DNA of 64,000 nucleotides from Syncephalis fuscata S228 (GCA_025786725.1 JAHLTZ010000019.1:310001-374000), one strand, 5' to 3'; positions 49,301 to 64,000 are shown, counted from the stretch's first letter. Notes: generated by a model from the sequence alone, not told the origin. Numbers and translations: made by a program.

Positions 49301-50592
49301 CTCATTTACTTACACGTTTAATGTTATCAGCTTTTAGACAGACCTCAACGTAGCCAGTATTGCCGGCAACCCATACACTTCTATTGATCCGTACACGTAA
49401 CTTTATTTCACAGTCTATTTTTTGACGCTCGACTATTTGCGTTGTATCAACTGAACTAGCTGATTTTTTTGAACAAAACATTTTTGGATGACGTCGTTTA
49501 AGCACGCCGCGTTTTAATACACACGAACTCTCTTGAGTGCAAGCTGTTGAAAGAAGCTGCGATAGCTGGTATTGGTGATCTAACATCTCACACAAGGGCA
49601 AATCACAAATTGCGATGACTGTTTGTTTTCGATGTCTATAAAGAACATCTATCGCGCTAATAGTGTCCAAAATGTAAACTTAAGCAATTGTACTGTGTAA
49701 TACACCATCACTTACGCTACAACTCGGTATTTCACTTTAGCTAGCCGAGATTTAAAAATACTAGGGAGATTGGTTGGTATTGCTAATTGCCAGGGTAACT
49801 TTGTGTTCCCAGGACGCGCTTGCCAGCACCCCTGAATGTCCGGACCGGTGGCTGCATCGACAGCTGCTGACGCGGGTATCTTTGGCAGATGCGATGCAGC
49901 CGTTTGAATATATACACGTGCATTGACTAGTGGATGCCGCTCAATACGGGCACCGCCGATGCGTGTAATATCCTGAATGCGCTGCAATGCACCAAGTTTC
50001 TGTGACATGACTGCAGCGCCAACCAGCAGCAACTTAATAATAAAAGCCATTAATTACACATCCAATTACCTTGTTCGTAGCCTTGAAGTTCTACCCATAT
50101 TTCGCCAAAACGAACGCCATGACGGCTCTTGCATTGTAATTCCAAATGGCCAGAGGCAAATCCACCAGAAACACACATCATACTATTCAAATGCATCGAT
50201 AATTCGACGCGTGCATGTCGCATCACCATCCCTGTGGCCGGCATGGACGTCAATGCAGACACATGCGAGACATCTTCACCCTGATAGACAGGTAATTGAG
50301 TTATAGCCGGTATCAAATGATTTGGTACCAACGAGCTTGATCTTTTTTGGACATCTTTTGTGCTAGATTGAGAATAGCCACTGGCTCTGTTTGGTTTGTC
50401 GACAGTTGTCCTTTCATACCGTTTGGAAGCAATGTTGTTGTCTGCAATAGCATGGACATTGCTTTTTCGTGTCCAGTCGGATGATGCATATGGATTAAGA
50501 AAATGATTGGGCGCTATAGTGGGAATAGGTGCTTGGCCGTCATTAAACTGTACTGGCCGTCGAAAAGCAATAGAATCAACTATTTGCGACAT
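46304..50592 (-). CDS. Arrestin-domain protein with long disordered C-terminus (multi-exon)
   Basis: VSGGFASGHLELQC...IWVELQGYE; ARPGNTKLPWQLAIPTNLPSIFKSRLAKVKYRV; LRVRINRSVWVAG..GYVEV; arrestin-C strand pattern ending IAMPIAVVHPASLD. Confidence 0.75.
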
Positions 50593-52511
50593 GATGCACC
50601 TGTATTACACCTCTATTGACTAATCTTCAAGGGAAGTGTCGCTAGTATATTGGAAAGCAGGAGACAGTTTAGCTTAATGATATAATCACAATTAACATTT
50701 GTTTCAAACCTTTGTTACAGCTAGCTGTATTTTTTGTACAACAGAGTCCTATTTTGTAATGATCAGTGGGTGGGCTGGCGTGATTGGAGTGGATTCAAGT
50801 TGCTTGTTTTCTGGTTAGTTTAATGCAATTTACACAAGCGGCCTATACACAGCTAATAGCATAGAAGAAGAGGAAAGATAAGGTGGCGATAGATGTTGGA
50901 CAAATTCAACACAAATGAGCTATTATCAATGCTAAGAACGCACAATGGCTTGGTTTGTAACCGATATTAACATCTTGTCATGTGCATTGTATCGTTACTG
51001 CCTTGCCAACAATTTTGGCACAGGGATGTAAGCTAGGCATTTGTTTACCTGAGCGTAACTAGGTCCCCTTTATTTTATACCATCCTGTAGTCAGGAAAAG
51101 TATAGTAAGCCATACAAAGATCCTATTAATTATCCATTTTACAAACCATCTATTTATTTCCGATTGTTGTATCTGGCACATACAATATAAAACAATGTAA
51201 GTCTATACGACAGCATAGTTTATGCCTTTTGAACAATATATCTCTATAAAAGCTATTAGAAAATAAACTATATATATATGTATGTATTGGTAATAAATAT
51301 ATAACGCATGATACATTTATTTATTTACTGTTTTTATGATATTATGCTATATCGGTTTATTATAAAGCTGTTCAAACCAATAGCCCAAACCAGGCAAAGC
51401 CTATCTCCCGTGTCAGCTTCATTATTTATGTCATGGTTTTTATTATCCAAAAACTTTAAAATAATCAAAACAGAAAATTCGATATTTACACAATACTAGT
51501 TTGTGATGTTTATAATAGCAGTAGCAAAATCTATACAAATAACAATAGGTTTACAAAATAAATTAATATAATTAATAGCACAATAAATAGCTGTTTATCA
51601 CATGATGTTACCTGACATTACGGTCAGTTAAACTAGATCAATATAATCATTATTTAAACATGACCATTTTAAAGCAATTATATAATTTGCAATGTAAGTA
51701 CCAATATTTAGATGTAGCTTATATGCTTACTGTTTTACTGCACTTACCTTTTTTATATTTGTCGATTTTCTTTTTTTTTCACTTAACACTACTGAAGTTG
51801 CCTCTTTTCCTTTCTTTCATTATTTATATTAACTATTTACTTTCCAAGTATGGTGTTAATCAACGCTTATTTTTGTATACAATATTTATTTCCGCTATTG
51901 TTCTATTATTTTTTAAATTGTATGTTTGCCATATTGTAACGACTTACTAATAACGGCAAAATTACGCATTAGTTTTATAATGAAATCTTTACAACATGAA
52001 GAATACATTTATATACTAATGGCACGGATCTATAAACCAACTAAACCAAAAAGCTGATTCCAAAACACCGTGCTGGTCGAAGTGGAGTTTAATACTTATA
52101 TTTCCACCATTATTTCTCCACTTTGACCCATAAATCATTCTTTGTTTAGTTATTTAGTTATATATATATATTAGTTCATTATTCTATCCATTTCCTACCT
52201 ATATTATTGCTTTAATATATCCGCCCCCTATAATACTAATTGTTCAAAATGCCATTTATTTAGTCAGATTAGCTAAAAGGTAAGTGATTGTTTAATAAAC
52301 AACATTTATAACAAGTTTATTAATCATAGTTTTATTTTAATTAATTATTTTTTGTCACTTGCACTTATCTTCAATATATAGGTCTACATGTCTAATAGCA
52401 CCCACTGTGTTTATAAATATAAGCTTAAGTAAAAATACAGCGTATAATTAAAATAAATTTTGGGATATAAAGTAAATGCGCTTAAAAATTTCAGCGGGAC
52501 TTTCTTGCAAC

Positions 52512-52593
52512 GTCAGTGTGTCCGAGTGGTTAAGGAGACAGACTTGAAATCTGTTGGGCTCTGCCCGCACAGGTTCGAACCCTGTCGCTGACG
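52512..52593 (+). tRNA. tRNA-Ser(TGA)
   Basis: gtcagtgtgtccgagtggttaaggagacagactTGAaatctgttgggctctgcccgcacaggttcgaaccctgtcgctgacg, followed by a T run. Confidence 0.96.
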
Positions 52594-53221
52594 ATCTTTT
52601 TGCTTCATTTTTGTCTTTTTTGCTTAGTAAACAGCTCAACAAACGCGTCTCTGTGTTTTTTTAGTTTAGCAAAGTGCAACAGGTTGGTAAAAGAGCAATA
52701 GAGGATGAAGATTAAGTAAAACAATAGCAAATTACATATATTTATTTTTGAAATGACAATACTACATTATAATCATTGCGCTATTTGAGTATATCTAGTT
52801 GAGCAAATCTACAACTATCAAATAAAGTAATCTAACAATGTAATAGCTATAAAGTAGCGGTTTATGTTGAATCAAAGCTATTACTTTTATCATAGTATCG
52901 CTATTTATTAATAACAAATTATTTAGTTATTTGGCCCATATAAGGAAATTAATTAATTAACAGTCATGTATTTTGTTATGTATTATCAAATAATCTAGAA
53001 ATATATAATACACCAGCTAGTTGCTAGTAATAATAAAATAGTTGTTTATTTCAGCAACATTAGCAGTGTGAATACTTGACGAATAAGTAACAGATAAACT
53101 GACTATAATCAATGTCGTTGTAAAATACAATAATTTACAATACCGTGTTAGTGTATTATTGTTATTAGTGTTTACAGAAATTTATATTTATTATACTTTT
53201 AACATTTAAATGGCAAATATA

Positions 53222-54192
53222 CTAAACATTATCGTACGATAGTTCGGTTTTCGTTAATCGGGGGGACAACATGCCCTGGTAGTGCGATGCACCTTCTAAA
53301 CGATTAAATGCTTCACGCATACCTTCATGCTGATGCGTAAGTAGTGTTGAGGTAGTGATCCCTGTACAATACAGCGTAAGCAAAATTGCATAATAATGCA
53401 TTATAAACAACTTACAATCAAGATAGAAAAAGATTTCGCTCCAATTGCCGGCAAGTTCAAATGCTGTTACAACGGCACAGATGGTGTTAGACAGAATAAC
53501 ACCAAAGAGATAAATAATGCCATCGGATTTTACTTTTTGCCAGCATTCGTTGCCCATGGCGCGATATTGATTAATGACAACACGTAGAAATACTATTGAA
53601 AATATTGAATTGATTGGCATGTCGATCATGAAACGGATCCATGGTAGATATGGTGGATAAATAGTAATGCATGCCTCATTAGGTGTTATCGTCGAAACAC
53701 TTCTTGTCCAGAATATCCATAAAATTCCAGGAAGTGGCAGTGTAAAAGCAACACCGAGTATTAAAAGCACTCGATTGTGACTGGTAATTACATATGCTCG
53801 AAGAAGCAAACATATACTTACGCAAATACTTGACACCATTAAACCAAATGCGTATATCCAGTTGGTCAGCCTACATGGCAGCCCACCAGGAAACGGTGTA
53901 GTAAAGTCCACCATACCCGATATATACCCATAAGTGCTTGAAGAAAGCAGCACCAACTTGCCACACTGGTGTGGCTAGACCAAACTAATCGGCCCGCATG
54001 CCAAACATTGCGTAAGAACGTCCAAAATATAGTAGTCGTTAGCAATAGCTGAATAAAATTGCTATGCACTTTCTGGCGTACTTCATCTGCGCCTGCACTC
54101 AGAAGCACAAAATCGCCTAGCGACATTTCACCCGTTGAGTTTGTGTGAATAAATCCCCATATCAGCTTTACTTGGGAGGGGTGTTCGATCAT
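53222..54192 (-). CDS. Orphan multi-pass (7TM, GPCR-like) membrane protein
   Basis: About 7 hydrophobic segments; Cys at the top of TM3 (GGLPCR) and in the ECL2 position (NEACITIYP); LLLRAY at the end of TM3; 1-nt shift near 53925; late intron ~53363-53415. Confidence 0.7.
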
Positions 54193-54690
54193 AGTGGCAG
54201 TAGTTGTGCCCGATAAACATAAATTGAAATAAAGAAATATGGAATAAAATGCTATTATGAAATGGTAATTGGACTTTGTAGAACAAGCCCGTTTATGAGC
54301 CGCATAAATCACATGAAAGGAGCCTTGACAATTGTATTAGTTGTATCTTTGTACTAACGCCTTTTGCATTGTGCGCCCTTTCACGCATGGTGCAAGACAT
54401 TGTAGCAAGCTTTAGTACTATTACAATCTGGTATTAACGCAGCATCATGTGGGGTAGCAAGCGGTAAATATTCAACCGCTGTTATTGTGCCTTAGCCATC
54501 ATAGCATCCGTCGCCATCTGATGAGCCATTGCAAGTCAATGGATTGCAAGTAACGGCAACCAAGTCCGATTTATTTTTAGTTAAATGTGTATGGTGCTGC
54601 CTTTTTTCTTATTATCATTTTACGAATCGCCTTACTCGTTTGTTACACACTTTTTTATTTCCAAACCTGTTGACATATTATTGAATCAAA

Positions 54691-55269
54691 ATGGCTATGG
54701 CTGGAGGTGCTCGCGTACGGGTAAGTACACGATCTATTGTTTAGACGTGCAGATCGTTCGACTAATCGCGTAAACTGCTGCTGCGCCGCGTCTCACCTAC
54801 CTACACATCACGTGTTGATGACTACAGGGTCGTTTACCGCCCGAGGTTAATCGCATTCTTTTAGTAAGGAATCTTCCGTATAAGATTACTACGGAGGATA
54901 TGTACGATATTTTTGGTAAATATGGGGCTATTCGTCAGATTCGAACGTAAGTTAAATAGCAAGTCTATTTGCGTGTTAGCTAATTCACTGCTACTGTACA
55001 GTGGCACTGCAGCAGATACAAAGGGTACTGCATTCGTCGTTTACGAGGATATTTACGATGCCAAAACTGCATGTGATCATTTATCTGGATTCAATGTTAT
55101 GGGCCGGTATCTTATTGTACTGTATTATCAACCAAACAAGACGAGTAAGCGTATGAACATTGAACAGAAGGAAAAAGAGCTGGCCGAACTTAAGACGTAA
55201 GCAATATCATTGTTAACCGCTATTTACTAACATCTATCTAGTCGCTACGGTGTTGGCGATGACGACTAA
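54691..55269 (+). CDS. SF3B6: U2 snRNP branch-point protein p14 (SF3B14/SF3B6), 4 exons
   Basis: [72 protein letters not shown]. Confidence 0.96.
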
Positions 55270-55428
55270 TCATTTTGGCTGTAGAATTTACAAAAATATT
55301 AGTATTATAGTAAACAATTGGTTAGGATGTAGAGCTTAGATGTGGGGCAATAATTGTAATGTGTTGGCATTTTTTTATTTAGTATATTGTAGTGTTTTAA
55401 TTGATTGTAATGAAATGATTGTTATTGT

Positions 55429-56213
55429 TTAATTAGCATTTGAAGGATTTGGTATGTTTAGCGATAATTTCTCTAACTCTGCTTGTAATTCATCTATACT
55501 TTCTACTTTGTCTGTTTCTTGTGGCAATAATACTGCTCCATCTTCGTCGCGTCGTCGCTGTAACTCTTTTGCTTGACGTATCTTTTTATTCAATGCGCGT
55601 ACTCGTCGTTCTGAATTAACTGAAGTATTATTATCGTTGGTATTATCGTCGTCATCGGCTTTAGATAATGTTTCTTTTTTATCTTTTGGTGCTTGTTGTC
55701 GTTCTTTGACAGCCGCTTCAACACTTGCTTGCAGTTCTGCGGCCATCTTTTCCTGAGCATCCTTTTGTCGCTTCATTTTACGCTTTTCATTTTTACGTTG
55801 TGCTGATGTCATATCTTCAAAGCCTTGTCCCTTTGTTGATGCTTGTTGTACTTCAGTATCGCTATCGTCGTCCCATGCACTTTTTACAACATGTTTGTTG
55901 TTGTTGTTGCTTCGGTGTTGACTACTAGAAGCCGTTTCTTGTTTGTGCCAGCTTCCTCCTGGTCGAGATGGTTGCGACACTGATGGTAATGGCTCATCGC
56001 GGCCAACACATAATTTGCTGGCAATTGACGGTCGTTGACTCGTCGAGATTGAAAACGTTGCTGATCTTCTGCTGGTACATAGCCTGAACGCACTTTACGA
56101 GCCGGTCTTATGCTACCATCAGGCCGTCTTGAGGCAGGAATCACTCGTTCGCCATCAGGCGTTGGCAGTGACACGATTCCTGACGTAGCTTGTTGGAATA
56201 AACGACGAGACAT
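55429..56213 (-). CDS. PYM1: Partner of Y14 and Mago (PYM/WIBG)
   Basis: GERVIPASRRPDGSIRPARKVRSGYVPAED (Mago-binding domain) and C-terminal RRVRALNKKIRQAKEL...LLPQETDKV; 1-nt shift near 56000. Confidence 0.88.
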
Positions 56214-57572
56214 AGTTAATGAAATAAGTATACTGTTTGAGATGAATAGCAAAAAGTAATATTGTTGAACAATAATCAAGTTATAATTCACTTCTAGATT
56301 AAGACTGGTTTATATTTATTATTAATAATTATTACTGATTTAAACATCATTTCTATTTGGCATATTAAACACTAATATAGACTAAATAAACATTTTGTAT
56401 TATATACTATAAAACAAAGTATTATCGATAACTAAATATAATGACTTAATGTTTATTCTACTTTTCTAATCAATGGCTTGGCTATTACTTCATTTAGTAT
56501 TGATTAATTGGAATGCGTAATGGCAATAATTGAATTGCTATCGATTTATCTAAATATCAAGATATCGACAGTGAACATGGTTGTTATTTTAATAGGTTCG
56601 TTTTGACCTATGAAGTAGATAAAATTCATTAATTGATCATCTATTATTATACTAATCCGGTGTGAATAATTAACAATTTGATAATTAAATGAATCATTTA
56701 AAGTAAACAATTGACAGATGGAATAAATGATTAAATACATTTTAAACAAGCTATTATAGATTAGACTATACTAAATAAGCAAAGTTGATAACAGATTAAT
56801 TTAATAATTATTGAAATTAACAAGCAATTATTATTTAAATTAATGATACATAAACAATTAGTTAATCAATTTTAGCTATAATTATAATTATTGTAAGTAT
56901 ACTAAATACAAATGGTATAACAGCTACTACAAATCATAATGAGTTATTAGAAAAGAAACATGATCAAATAATTAATAGATGTATCTATCTACTATTAAAC
57001 TTGCACTTTTACAATCATTCCCAAATAGTAAAAGACAAGCCATAAATCTAATGTATTTTTACGATAACTATAACTATAACTATATATATCAAATCCTTTA
57101 CAATTGTATTTAGTGATACTCATTAAGTTTTTTTTATTACTAAATGGTCAGTGCTTTTTTACGGTACTTACTGAGGAAAACATTCCGAGTCTTATTTCAA
57201 TCTGCGCTCTTATTGGTACTCATTCTTATTCACTCGCTCTCTCCTTATCGTTCTCCTATTCAGCTTATTCACTCGTTTTCCTTACTTGCTCATCACTTTC
57301 ATGCACTTGTCTGTCTCCGTCTATGATACACGTATCCACTAAGGACGGTTGATAAACACGATAGCATAGCCGCCTATTTCTCTCTCTCTCTCGTTTCTTT
57401 TTCTTTTCTTGTTGTTGTTCCTACTTTTTGTCACTCTTGTTAAAGTGTGTGTGTATTCTTTTATTGTTATTAGAGCAAAAGTATATATAGCCAACAACGA
57501 TTCTATTGTCCATTGTAACGGCACTCCCCTGTCCATGAGCCTTGCTAATTGACTGTACCTGGTTCTTATAGC

Positions 57573-60500
57573 ATGAGCACTTCACCAAACGTAGCGTCTC
57601 CTCGACGTTTATCATCGCTTGTGGCATCTAGTATAGCCGTAACCAATAGTGAGAGTACGCTCAACGATGTACCGACTGTAGCGGCGGATATTACAGTCGC
57701 GAACACGCCTCCTTCTTCTAGTCGTGCAGTGCCACGTGGACGGACACCACAGCCGCGACGTTCTAACAGCAGTGGCGGTGCTGGTCGTCCCAATCTCGGC
57801 GGTAATAGCAGCAGCAACCTACGTAGTCATACAACAGGCAGTAACGCTGGTGGTTTGCCACATCCACCATCAGGCCGTGCTCCTCGTCCAGCCTATATTC
57901 AAATTCCACCGCCTATTGTTTCATGGGCCGACCATTCAGGTGGCCATAATGTAGGCGGTGGCAATACGAGTAATGGCAATGGACACGTACACCATGGATC
58001 AATCTCTACAGTACCTATTGCGTCAAATCAACCGCCAGCACGAGATAGTGAAACTGTATCGTTGCCGCCTCAAACACCATCGACACCAAGTAGTTTTGCT
58101 TCTACTATGGCTCAAATTCGTAAAAAATCATCTTATTTTCTTGGAGGGCGATTTGGTCGTAAAAATTCATTAATTTCTTCGGGTAACAACGGCAGTGTTA
58201 CTAGCAATAATGGCAGTGTCACCGGTAACAATGGAAATAGCCAAAGTGGAGCTGGTACACCACCAACATCTGCCCATACCACTAATAGTAGTGGCAGTAA
58301 AGCCGCAAAAATTGTATCTAGTGCTGCATCAGCATCTGGCATTTCTATGTGGTCCAGTGGTGGTGTAGGTAATTCTAATGTAGCTGCTAAATCATCGGGC
58401 CATAATGGCAGGTTGCCGACCGATGCCCAGTCTCTACACTCGGCCTCAATAACTCCGGGCCATATGGCGCGTGCCAAAAGTTCATCACTTCTTAGTCAAC
58501 AGAAATATCACCACCTACTTCAATGACTTCAGCCACTATGAGTGCAGCCACTACAGCAAGTACCAATGCTGCTAACGCAACAGCCAATCCAGGCACCATT
58601 CGTAAAAAGATGTCGATGCCGGCTCTTCGACAACATTCTCGTTCTGGTTCTATGTCGTCTTCATTGTCACACCACCATCACCATCAATTATCAGCTTCAG
58701 GTATTCCCTACGCAGTTACTCAAGGTTTAAACGGTGCAGGTCGACTTGGACATCATCATTTATTACATTTACCACATGGACGACATGTACGCAACGATAG
58801 TCAAGGCAGTAGTGGTGCAGGCAGTGGAGGTAGTGGCAATACTGGCAATGGTCCTGATGCACCATCGGCAGTTTCACTTCGTAATCCAGCCGAGTTTATG
58901 ATACATGCGCTATTTGTTGAGTTTGCTGCAGCAGCTGAAGGAAAATTGACATGGGTTATGAAACAGTCTATGGTAAGTAATAATATAACGCTAATTATAT
59001 TGCTCGTATTAATTACATTGATTACTATAGGAACAAGAACCAGATATGGCCAATTATTTAAGACATGGTGCAGATCCTGAATTTGACAAATTATTAGTAG
59101 CTATTGGTGCTATTGCACGTCAAAGACCAAAAGACGTGGTAGATGCGCTTATGTTATGGAGGAAAAGCAAATTAAAATCACCCGATGGAGCATGGAATCG
59201 GTAAATAGCTATATGGCAGTTAATTAATACTAAACTAATGAAATGATATTAGACATGATGGTGTTGTACAGCCTAGAAGTCAAGATATGTATAATATGCA
59301 ACGTCAACGCTGTTCCGTAAGTATACTACTATTATAGTTGTAATAATAGTAGATAATTAATATATGATTATATAGCATGTTTGTACTATTCTGCTCTTTA
59401 GAGCATTGATTGAAGTTGTTCGACAGTTGCATGAACGTACACTAGTAGGAGAATTGGGAAAGAAATTGGAAGAATTAGTATTTAAACAGATTGATGCCGA
59501 TCCGTAAGTATATTGTATAGTGTGGTGTAGTCAGTACACGTACTTATACTGTATAATAGCGATCTTGTATCTCGATCATATAATCGTAAAGCCATTATGT
59601 CATTATTTGCCGAGTTAATTGGATGGTTATCAAATATTCGGTAATAATAATAACAACAGTAATCAATACATATATTTATTAATATAATATAATATAAACA
59701 ACTCGTTTAATATAGATTTGTATCAGTAAGCGATCGATTTGTTGCAGAATTGGAGAAATTGCCACCCGATGCAGATGGTAAAGAGAATAGAAAGATAGAA
59801 ATGCTTATTCGATCAATGAGGTTTTTACGAGTCAAGGTTAGAATCGATTGATTAATTAATAACTATATTTGATTAATTTTATATTATATTATAACTATTG
59901 TATTTAAAACAGTTGTATCCTGATGCTGCTTTAAATGATACATCTGATTTCCTACAAATATTGGCGAAATTCTTTGCCAATACACACAGCTTTAAAGTAA
60001 AGCATGCTTATGCTCAACTATTTATTGATTTATTGCTACCGTTGGCACCTGTAAGTACTAATATATATGCTATATTATATTGATAAAGTATTAATACCGA
60101 TTAGAATGCTACTGTTGAAGTTAATTATCCAGGATGGGTTGATGCTATGGAAATGCTCTTTCCGCGGGCTCTTAAAATGGCCACTAAACCAAAACATTCA
60201 ATGGTAATAATACAAATAATACGAATATCAATACAAATACTAATAACTATTTATTAATTAATAGACGGGATTTCCATTTTTAACTACTGTACTTTGTGTT
60301 AGTAAACGAGATAATTTTTAAAGAATTGGCGACAATTTCTTGAAATTTGTTTCAGAGGACTAAAGGTTAGTATGCAATAGTGTTATTATGAATAGATACT
60401 GAATATCAATACTATATTATCAGGACAAGAATCTACGATTGCCTGCACTCAATGCACTGGCCCGCCTTGTATGGGTCTATTTGTCTAGATGTAAAGAAAG

Positions 60501-63500
60501 TTTCAACGTAACAAGTGAATGTATTCAGTCTATTATACGGGCATTATTTCCACTTGGTAAACGATCATTTCTACCTAGTGATGTACCAGGCGATGCATTG
60601 GTCGTTATTCTGCGTATTATACTTACTCAAGATATCGACTATGGTACAAAGCACTATGTACCATTCCTATTGGGTGGACTTGATGCTACCGGCAGTGTAA
60701 GCTGGTCTGTAGAGACACTTATACCGGAAAGAGGTGCTATTGTTATTCGGGCCTATTTACTTGCTCTTATGGATGCTGAGCGTGGCCAGAAAGAAGCCAT
60801 CTTTCCGCCTGGCAACGATTTGCGTACACTTGATCCATCGCTATTGGAATGTTCACTTGAACCATTGCCAGATCATTTATTGGTGCGTAAATCAATCCAC
60901 GATGCCGATGAACGAATGGCAGATATCATTGGTAGAATATGGACAGCATTGGACCGTAATTTTGGACAACAACTACTACTTGATGATAAGTACTTAAATA
61001 ATCGTAATATATACTCGATTTCCAACGCTGTCGTTAATGCCGCCAAAGAACTGGCCAGTGAAACAAATCAACAAGTCTACACGCATTTAACTTCTCTATC
61101 TGTATCGTATCCCATTGAAAAGCAGCCATATTTTGATCTATTACGCTGTTGCGTAGATGCTGTACCGCGATGTATGCCAGCCGGTATATCAACTCATCGC
61201 GTTGTTGAAATGTTATGTCGATACACGGCTCATGTTGATCCAGATCTAGCATTGGCAGCGGCACGGGCTCTATTGCGTCTTGGCCAGCAGCGGGGCGGAT
61301 TTATTGTCGTATCAGGCATGTCTAAGTTTATTGGTAGAATTAGTGATCAGTTTGGTGAATTGCTCGTTGGCTCCTTTGCTCATAGTAATAGCCATGGGGA
61401 AGAATTCAGTCTATTAAGGCTTTATGTTCAATTACTTGAATTATGGTCAGATGAAATGCTACTTACTGCCTCACACGATGAAGATGAATTAGCAGCCGCC
61501 ACAGCAGCTGCATCAGAAGGCGCCCCAACACCGGAGCCTAGTAAAAGTGGCCATAAGACAACAGGCACATCTACACCCACACCACTGCCTGCGCCGCCGG
61601 CTATTAAACAGCCACGATCTAAATCGTACAAAATGGCCGATCTTGATACACCCGATGTATGGAATCTTATTGAAGAGACTGAAGCCAATGGGCTTATTCT
61701 CCTTTGTAATCATGCACCGCTTAGTCGACGCTATGCCGTACGTGTACTTCGACTAGCCGTTGAAGTAGAACAGCAGTTTGAAGAACATTCATTTATGCGT
61801 AAACAACGTCGACAATTACATAAAAAACAGACATCTGCTGTTAGTGCTTTATCAAAGCTTAGCGAGCTTGAACGACAGCCACATGTGGTCGATTTATTAG
61901 ACAAGACATTAACCGAGTTTCAAGATGAACGAGTAGCTGCTTTAATGACTGCCGATGCTACTCGGGCTGCAGCCAATGATCCTGGGCCGGCCCGTGCTCC
62001 ATTATCGGTTCGGGTACTCATGAGAAACGTGGTCTGGGCAACGATATACCCGGTATGCGTCTACGTGAACTGGCCGAAAGTGAAGAGCCTGAACATCAAC
62101 TAGCCTGGCATAGAAACTTTGTCGAATTAGTAGATGCCTGTTTTGAGCGATGTCCAATTACCGTGGCCCTTTGTCGAAATACAGCTTGTGCTCGATTAAT
62201 GCAAATGCAGCCACTTGTTATTGCCACTACCGATATGTTTACATCAGCGCCTGGTACACCGATGAGTGCCACACTTCCTGGCAACTCATCAGCAGGTGGC
62301 ATGGGCCATGGTAGCCACGGCGGCAGCCTAGGTGGCAGTATGGGCCATAACGGTACAACTGGTGGTGGTCTATTGATGGTTGGGTCCACTGGTAATATCA
62401 ATGTCATGGGCAGTAGTAGCCATCACGGACATGGTACGGGTGGTGCCAATCATGGTGGCAGCGGCCATAATAGTACTGGTAATCATGGCGGGCATACTGG
62501 CCATTCTAACAATCATAGTAGCCATCATCATAGTAAATCTAGATCGGCTATTGTTACACACCATTTCCTTAATCAATGGTCACTTTATTTACGATTTGCC
62601 TGTGCTACTATGACGGTAACTGTGGATGTCATGCCACCACCATTACCGTCTACACCTACTTCTATTCTATCGACACCCAATCTATATTCACCATTAATGT
62701 CACCGGCCTCAGTTAAAGTAATGGGTGGTCGACAGCGATCCGGTTCATCCACGTCTATTCTGTCACCGGCTTTAAATGCCGTTAATGCCGTGAGTGGTGG
62801 TGGTGGTGGCCATGCGTCACGTAAACATTATCCAAGTAGTGGTCCAGAGATTAGTACAGCGCGTGATTTATTCCGATCTGTACTACCATTTGTTATATGC
62901 GATTATTTACCTATACGTGAAGCAGTAGTGGAGGCATTAGGCCATGTAAATCGTAATGTGTTTACGCAGTTACTCGATGATGTACAGCCATTTGTACGAG
63001 CAGTATTAGATGATCCCAGTTCCAATGTAACAACATCAAGACGTGATCATACAAACGTTACCACTACTACTAATGGATCAGCACCTATTGCCGGTATGCC
63101 TTATAGTAAAGCATTACATAAACACACAGCGCTATCCATGACCGAGAATGGTATCGCCAATGCTACATCCACTACAACACAAAGTGGCAATGTCATGAGT
63201 CCACGCGGACTTACACCAGTACTTACTCGATCATTTGGAACACAGAATGTAGTGAATCCACATTCAACACATCCACATGGTAACTCATCATCATCATCGA
63301 TGTCATCCTCGTCGATGTCGTCATCGTCTAATGCAGCGACTAGACGTAAACGGCCCATTGATCGACTACGTATTGATATTACGCGTATTTATCATATGAT
63401 GTCGCGCTTTCTACGTTATGATGAATACCTTACCCATGCCAATGTGGTACCTAGATTGGCCCATTGGTTAAAAGAGACCCTTCACTTTTTAGGTGATGCT

Positions 63501-64000
63501 GAAGTACAGCTGGATTGGGACTTTCAAGAATTACGCCGTCATTTTGCCGGTCTAGTTGAAAATATGTGCTGGCATTTGCCACGACAAGCCAATGCCGCTC
63601 GTATGATTCCCTTTGAAATGCGACTTGGTCTTTATCAAACACTAGAGGAATGGTGTGGACATGGTCGACATCGTGAATTAACGCGTCGACGCGAATTGGC
63701 TATGATGGAGTCAGTGCTAAGTCGATGCAAGAATATCAATGATCAGGGTCATATGACGAAGATATTTGGTGAACAGCGACGATCTATAGAAGTGGCGGCA
63801 TTACGCGCGATGGCTGCTTGTTGTCGTGGTCCATTGTCGATTGATATTGGTTATAATCAACAGCAACCCGTTATAGTTGCCTTTCCATTAAATGCTATCC
63901 ATGAATGGATTGAATCGGTATTTACGCGGCCCGATAGACGATTACATTCAGTGGCCAGATCAGCGCTTGAATCGCTACTTACCTTTAATGCCGATACACC
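57573..64000 (+). CDS. TAO3: RAM/MOR network scaffold Tao3/Pag1/Mor2 (Furry family), 3' end outside window
   Basis: PAEFMIHALFVEFAAAAEGKL, GADPEFDKLL..IARQRPKDVVDALMLWRK, RFVSVSDRFVAELEK, LARLVWVYLSRCKES.N.T, LFPLGKR and LEEWCGHG; many short introns. Confidence 0.92.

Noticed and set aside
54691-56213. SF3B6 and PYM1 adjacency as a splicing gene cluster
   Set aside because: Two convergent housekeeping genes; adjacency is explainable by chance without synteny evidence.

Overview
Eukaryotic, intron-rich fungal DNA with short (~50-80 nt) GT-AG introns and AT-rich spacers. The gene families (signal-peptide kinase, orphan 7TM protein, 8-Cys GPI proteins) suggest an early-diverging fungus, plausibly a Syncephalis-like zoopagalean mycoparasite; this is inference. 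Core genes: ABCF2/ARB1, uL13/RPL16, Nup53, RPT6, a bHLH factor, an arrestin-domain protein, SF3B6, PYM1, TAO3/Furry (runs off the window end), Zip3/RNF212-like and Rpa14-like genes, plus two tRNA-Ser genes. The best find is in the first 15 kb: an intronless actinoporin-like (sea-anemone cytolysin-type) gene at 5241-6050. Its neighbours are two tandem micro-exon Pmp3 proteolipid genes missed by the ORF track, two paralogous 8-Cys GPI-anchored surface proteins, a reticulon-like gene and a BCS1-like AAA ATPase. Also present: a TE nest (MITE-like element, deleted MULE, gag remnant; 21-24.7 kb), a ~1.4 kb foldback palindrome built of 334-bp units (35.8-37.2 kb), and at least 8 genes with single-base-deletion frameshifts that are most likely assembly errors.
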